A stretch of 64,000 nt of DNA. Origin: an uncultured Planctomycetota bacterium. GTDB taxonomy: Bacteria > Planctomycetota > Planctomycetia > Isosphaerales > Isosphaeraceae. Below the pieces are notes generated by a model, which was given only the letters and a program-made list of their open reading frames with translations, did not search any database and was not told the DNA's origin. Each line of letters opens with the position of its first letter. The stretch's first letter is position 1. Made by a program: the position numbers and the translations under genes. Below are positions 59,174 through 64,000 of the stretch, one piece after another. Location: positions 1,792,001-1,856,000 of the forward strand of contig CAWGMQ010000008.1 in the NCBI GenBank assembly GCA_963823665.1. Reading direction: 5' to 3'.

Positions 59174-59773
59174 TCAATCGGCGAGCCAGATTCTCCGGAT
59201 CACAGCTAGCTTGCGCTCGACCGAGCGCAAGCCGCGACCTAGGCGGCGGGCGATCTCGTCGTTGCTCTCCCCCTCGAGCTTCCAGATTGCGATGCGGCGA
59301 AGGTCGTGGTCGCGAAGGCGGTCGAGCCTGCGCCGGCAGTCCTCGTCCTGAAGCAATGCGGTGTCCGGAGCGGGCTCACGGTCGACGGCCTGGGCGAGGG
59401 CGTCGTGTCCGTGCTGGTCGACAGCCGGGCAATCGCGACCGCCGCCGCGTTTGCGGCGCCGATTGTGGCGCAGTTGATCGACGGCTTTCTGACCGGCGAT
59501 GGCCGCAAGCAAGCGCCAGAGGTCATTCCTGCTGGCGAATTGCGGGAACCGGCCGGCGGTAGCGCCTCGCCACAGGCAGTGGAAGGCGCTCAGGGCGACG
59601 TCTTCCTCGTCGCTGACTGTGCGCGGGGCACTGCCCAGGCGCTTGCGAGAGAAACGAACCAGGCTGGCGGAGAATCGGCTCCAGATGGTGTCAGCCGCGT
59701 TTTGATCGCCAGCCTTCAACAATCGAAATGCTAGCGTGACTGAACCCGTTCGGGTGTCATTGTTTGTGTTCAT
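59174..59773 (-). CDS. ECF-type sigma factor
   Basis: GSVT...LKAGD..AA..IW.RF, DEEDVALSAF, LWRLL, EIARRLGRGLRSVERKL HTH. Confidence 0.9.
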   Translation of the reverse strand: MNTNNDTRTGSVTLAFRLLKAGDQNAADTIWSRFSASLVRFSRKRLGSAPRTVSDEEDVALSAFHCLWRGATAGRFPQFASRNDLWRLLAAIAGQKAVDQLRHNRRRKRGGGRDCPAVDQHGHDALAQAVDREPAPDTALLQDEDCRRRLDRLRDHDLRRIAIWKLEGESNDEIARRLGRGLRSVERKLAVIRRIWLAD

Positions 59774-60069
59774 TGGAGGCTCCGACGCCGCGGTGGGTGC
59801 GCGGCTCAGCACGGTGCGGGTTTCCGATCCGCGTTAAAGTTCTCATCGCTCGCGACAGCGCGAACCTTAATCGATCTTTCGCTCGCTCGGCCCCGGTCGG
59901 GGCCGAAAGCCAGCAGGCGAGGCGGCGACGCTTGGCCGCTCGCTGCTGCTGGCTGGGACGGGCTGTGTCGTCCGGCGGAAGGGTGCGCGGCAGGCGTCTT
60001 TGCCGGTCGCATCGGGCTGGCGACGTGGATCGGCCGGGTGGCCGATTCCGCACGGCGTTGCCCCGCGTG

Positions 60070-60824
60070 TCATTTCGCCAAACCGGTGGGATGTGACACG
60101 CCGTAAACGAATTTGGCGGTGGGGAGGGGATCGCCGCCGATGATGATCTTGGCGGTAGGACGGGGATTGGTAGGAAGCGGGTCGCCGTCGTTGGTGGCCG
60201 TTGCTTTGGCCGAGGAGTCCGGGTCGCCTTGTTGAATCGCATCCGCGACGAACACGCCCGTAGGCCGCGGTTCACTGCTCAGGACGGCCTTGGCTGTGGG
60301 CAGCGGATTGGTCGGCAGCGGGTCGCCAGCCAGGACGGCCTTGGCTGTGGGCAGCGGATTGGTCGGCAGCGGGTCGCCTTCGTGGGTTGCATTCACGAAC
60401 AATATGCCAGTAGGCCGGGGGTCGCCGCTCAGGATGGCCTTGGCTGTGGGCAGCGGATTGGTCGGCAGCGGGTCACCAGCCAGGACGGCCTTGGCTGTGG
60501 GCAGCGGATTGGTCGGCAGCGGGTCGCCTTCGTGGGTTGCATTCACGAACAATATGCCAGTAGGCCGGGGGTCGCCGCTCAGGATGGCCTTGGCTGTGGG
60601 CAGCGGATTGGTCGGCAGCGGGTCACCAGCCAGGACGGCCTTGGCGGTTGGGAGCGGGTCGCCGGCAAAGATGCCGGTGAATTCGACCTGGGCAACAGGA
60701 CGGGTGCCGGCGGGTCGACCGCGACCGCGATAGGGGCCATTGCGACAGAGGGAATCGTGCTCATCACGACCTTGGTTTCGCACTGTTCGAGCACGACGGT
60801 GCGACGGCGGCGGTTGGCGTTCAT
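60070..60824 (-). CDS. Small Pro/Thr-rich tandem-repeat protein with planctomycete-type N-terminal motif (apparent frameshift near 60697)
   Basis: AGGAG RBS, MNANRRRRTVVLEQCETKVVMS, then about 12 GDP(L/R)PT-type units in ORF 60070..60924. Confidence 0.7.
60281..60663. repeat. Hierarchical coding tandem repeat: 150-bp period (about 2.5 copies) built from ~51-bp subunits
   Basis: 60281-60430 and 60431-60580 differ at two positions by hand comparison; partial third copy to 60663. Confidence 0.92.
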
Positions 60825-60927
60825 GACGACTTTTCTCCTTGGATTGGTTGAGGGTTCTCGATGCGCCCCGAACGGTCGGGGCGTCGTGTTTTTCCGCGAG
60901 TGACGTCCGCGGAATACCCTTCAACCG

Positions 60928-63900
60928 TCAACGAGCTGGGCGAGCCGCCATGCCGGATGAGCGATCTTCCTGCCGGGAGCCGGATGGTGCTTCTGGGGGT
61001 GCTGGGTGTGGTGCTTGCTGGCGCTCTCCGGGTGAGCGTGAATCCCAGATGCGGACGGTCCAGTCTCCAGAGCCGGAGACGAGCATGGTTCCATCAGGGC
61101 TGAACGCGACGGCGTGCACGTAAGCGGAATGGCCACGGAGCTCGATGACCTCGTCGGATGTTTCCGTGTCCCAGAGGCGGACAATGTTGTCGATGCAGCC
61201 GGTGGCCAGCCGGGAGCCTTGGGGGTCGAACGCGGCGCAGAAGACAACGCCCGGGTGTTTGAGTACGGCGATGCTCGAGAAGGACCTGGCATCCCAGAGC
61301 CTGGCCGTCGAGTCGAACGACGCGGACGCGAGCTTGCTGCCGTCGGCGCTCCAGGCAACGCGGACGACGGATTTTGCGTGGCCGTGTAATTCCGCGGCTA
61401 CGGTGCGCAGGGGGACGTCCCAGATCCGGATAGATCCGTCGGAGTAGCCACAAACCAAGCGGGAACCGTCGGGACTGAACGCCACGTCATTGGCGCCGGC
61501 GCCCGGCCCGACGAGGTCGAAAGGGGGTGATCCTCCCGAGGTCGTGAAGAGCTGCACCGATCCGTCCTGACCGCCGGTCGATGCCGCCAGATTGCCGTAG
61601 GGGGCGAAGGCGACCCGGTGTTCGACGAGTGGTCCGCCGGCCATTGGAGCGCTTGTGCTGCTCTGCCCGGTGGCGAGGTCCCAGATGCGGATGCGCCGGT
61701 CGCGGGCGACCGAAGCGAGTCGCCGGCCGTCGGGATGGAACGCGATCGCGTGCACAATCTCGACGGGGTGGTGGTTCAGGACCTGAAGGGCGTGGTTGGT
61801 CTGCGGGTCCCAGAGCCGCACGGCGCCGTCCCATCCGGCGGAAGCGACCTGGCGGCCCGACGGACTGAACGCGACGTCGTAGACGAAGCTGGCATGTCGA
61901 CCCAGCACGCCCGCGCTTTTCACGCGATCAAGATTCCAGATGTGAACCGATCCGCTCGAGCCGATGGTGCCCAGGAGCGAGCCATCGGGCCTGGAGAGTG
62001 CGAAATTCTGCAAGTCGGTTTCGCCGAGGAAAACTCCGACGAATTCGCGGGCGTGCGTGTCCCAGAGCCGAAGTGTGCCATCGAGAGAAGCAGAGACGAG
62101 ATGACGGCCGTCGGGATGAAAGGAAGCACCCGTGACGGTGGCTGCATGGCCTTGCAGTCTGGATATCGATTGGCCGGTCGCGCCGTCCCAGAGCCGCACG
62201 GTCTGGTCGAAGGATGTCGAGACGATCCTGCGGCCATCGGGGCTGAATTCGACGCCGCAGACGATATTCGTATGCCCGTCCATCGTGGCGAGGAGCCGGC
62301 CGGTGGCGGTTTCCCAGAGCCAGACGCGATTCTGAGGGTAATCAGTTCCGGCAGCGAGCCGAGCGCCATCGCGACTGAATGCCAGGGCGAACACTGCGGC
62401 GTTGCCGAAGCTCAGCGGAGGGCGCTCAACACCGGAGTCGACATCCCAGAGCCGAACCCGATGGCGGCCGCCGAACGCGAGTCGCTTCCCGTCCGGACTG
62501 AACGTCACGACATCCGATTCGTTCGCGCCCCGCAGTGTGCTTTGCAACGTGCGGTGGGCCAGGTTCCAGACTTGCACATCGGGGCTCGTGGATCGGATCG
62601 CCAGGCGCGACGCGTCAGCGCTTGAGTACATCTTGACGACAGGCCGGGCGTGGTCGCGGAGAACGGCGATCGGCTGGCCGGTCGTTCCGTCCCAGAGCCG
62701 TAAGGTTGCGTCGGCCGATGACGATGCGACACGGCTGCCGTCCTTGCTCCACGCGATGGACTGGACTTCGGCCTCGTGGCCGACCAAAGTGGCAACCTCG
62801 CGGCCGGGGATGACGTCACGGAGGTGAAGAACCGAATCGCCCCCGGCGGCGTAGAGCACGCGGGTACAGTCGGGACTGATGAGGACCACGGCGGGGGGAG
62901 CATGGGGCGGTTTGAAGGCAGCCAGGGAGTTGTCGAGCTGACCGGTCAGATACCGCCACTCCCAGTTGCGTAATTCGCCTGGGCTGGCCTCGAGCAGGCG
63001 GCGGGCGGTTTCGGTCTGGTTCAACTGCAATGCGGCGGCGGCGGCGGTGATATCGGCCCGATAGCGAGCCCGGCGCTCGGCATTGCCGCTGCGGCGGGCG
63101 AGGACATTCGCGCGTTCAGCCGCCAGCCAGAGCGTGGTGAGGCCCGCAAGCGCGAACGCCGTGACGAGAGCCAGAGACGCGGCCAACGCGGCAAGACCAG
63201 GCTGGCGGCGAGCCCACTTGAGCAAGCGCTCCCAAACGCGGGGCGGCCGCGCGTGGATGGGTTCGCGCGCGAGGAAGCGACGGAGGTCTTCGCCCAGCGC
63301 CGAAGCAGTGCGATAGCGGTGTGCGGGGTCTTTCTCGATCGATTTGAGCACGATGGTGTCAAGGTCGCGAGGGATGCGGCGGTTGATGCGGCGCGGTGCG
63401 ACCGGCGGGTCGGACGCCGAGACACGGAGGACGGCTGCCGGGCTCTCGGCCCGGAACGGGGTCCGACCCGTCAAGAGCTGATAGAGGATCACGCCGAGCG
63501 CGTAAATATCGACCGCGGGGCCGACCTTTCGCGAGTCTCCGGCGGCTTGCTCGGGAGCCATGTACTCGGGCGTACCGACGACGAATCCGGTCCTGGTGGA
63601 GACCGGATTGATCGCGGAGGCTGCGTGCGAGGCCGAAGTCGGTGATCTTGGGGGTAATTCCGGCGAGGGGGCTGGCCGTCCCGGGCGGCTTTTCGCGAGA
63701 GGGTTCGGCTTGATCGCCGGTCTGCATGAGGATATTCGCGGGCTTGAGATCGCGGTGGATGACTCCCTGGCGGTGTGCGGCGTCGATGGCCAGGGCGAGC
63801 GTTCCAACCAGGTGCGCCACCTGATCCGGGGGCCAGGGGGTGCCGTCGAGCCGGTCGGCGAGCGTGCCGCCGTCGACCCACTCCATCGAGAGATAGGGAC

Positions 63901-64000
63901 GGCCCTCCAGATGGCCGATCTCGTGCACCTGGACGATATTGACGTGCTTGATGCGGGCGGGCAGCTCGGCTTCGCGGAGGAAGCGGACTCTCTCCGATTC
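60928..64000 (-). CDS. Ser/Thr protein kinase with C-terminal WD40 propellers (5' end outside window; apparent frameshift near 63605)
   Basis: HRDLKPANIL, KITDFGLA, GTPEYMAPEQ; TM helix; many GH...FSPDG...RLWD repeats. Confidence 0.93.
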   Translation of the reverse strand, partial: NRRESASSAKPSCPPASSTSISSRCTRSAIWRAVPISRWSGSTAARSPTGSTAPPGPRIRWRTWLERSPWPSTPHTARESSTAISSPRISSCRPAIKPNPLAKSRPGRPAPSPELPPRSPTSASHAASAINPVSTRTGFVVGTPEYMAPEQAAGDSRKVGPAVDIYALGVILYQLLTGRTPFRAESPAAVLRVSASDPPVAPRRINRRIPRDLDTIVLKSIEKDPAHRYRTASALGEDLRRFLAREPIHARPPRVWERLLKWARRQPGLAALAASLALVTAFALAGLTTLWLAAERANVLARRSGNAERRARYRADITAAAAALQLNQTETARRLLEASPGELRNWEWRYLTGQLDNSLAAFKPPHAPPAVVLISPDCTRVLYAAGGDSVLHLRDVIPGREVATLVGHEAEVQSIAWSKDGSRVASSSADATLRLWDGTTGQPIAVLRDHARPVVKMYSSADASRLAIRSTSPDVQVWNLAHRTLQSTLRGANESDVVTFSPDGKRLAFGGRHRVRLWDVDSGVERPPLSFGNAAVFALAFSRDGARLAAGTDYPQNRVWLWETATGRLLATMDGHTNIVCGVEFSPDGRRIVSTSFDQTVRLWDGATGQSISRLQGHAATVTGASFHPDGRHLVSASLDGTLRLWDTHAREFVGVFLGETDLQNFALSRPDGSLLGTIGSSGSVHIWNLDRVKSAGVLGRHASFVYDVAFSPSGRQVASAGWDGAVRLWDPQTNHALQVLNHHPVEIVHAIAFHPDGRRLASVARDRRIRIWDLATGQSSTSAPMAGGPLVEHRVAFAPYGNLAASTGGQDGSVQLFTTSGGSPPFDLVGPGAGANDVAFSPDGSRLVCGYSDGSIRIWDVPLRTVAAELHGHAKSVVRVAWSADGSKLASASFDSTARLWDARSFSSIAVLKHPGVVFCAAFDPQGSRLATGCIDNIVRLWDTETSDEVIELRGHSAYVHAVAFSPDGTMLVSGSGDWTVRIWDSRSPGERQQAPHPAPPEAPSGSRQEDRSSGMAARPAR

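Noticed and set aside
60281..60663. CRISPR array
   Set aside because: The intervening sequences are themselves repeated, unit lengths are multiples of three within an ORF, and there are no cas genes.

Overview
GC-rich bacterial chromosome segment, most likely from a planctomycete. This is inferred from ECF sigma/Ser-Thr kinase pairs, 'LE..R.LLS' N-terminal motifs on extracellular proteins, and a solitary dnaA. Many long genes are broken by single-base indels, mostly in short G/T runs, which suggests long-read consensus errors rather than real pseudogenes. The centrepiece (about 15.0-35.4 kb) is a complete class I DISARM anti-phage locus (drmD, drmMI, drmA, drmB, drmC). Seven co-oriented cargo genes are inserted into it at two points: (i) a translationally coupled small R-S-H toxin-like gene plus a partner with a TPR-like C-terminus, then an uncharacterised gene; (ii) a HEPN-like gene, an EEP nuclease/phosphatase, and a PARIS-like ABC-ATPase + TOPRIM pair. 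The methyltransferase has a visibly AT-rich target-recognition segment and a duplicated C-terminal helical module. The left flank holds two TPR kinases with an ECF sigma, two surface proteins, a GH55 glucanase region bracketed by 110-bp direct repeats, and a transposase remnant. The right flank holds a repeat-flanked gene carrying palindromic elements inside its coding sequence, dacB, a sulfatase-like gene, a large MscS, a degenerate CobB/CbiA homologue, birA, nadC, uvrB, sodC, dnaA, and an ECF sigma/tandem-repeat protein/WD40 kinase trio. No rRNA, tRNA or CRISPR array was seen. Family calls come from motif recognition by eye, not database searches.
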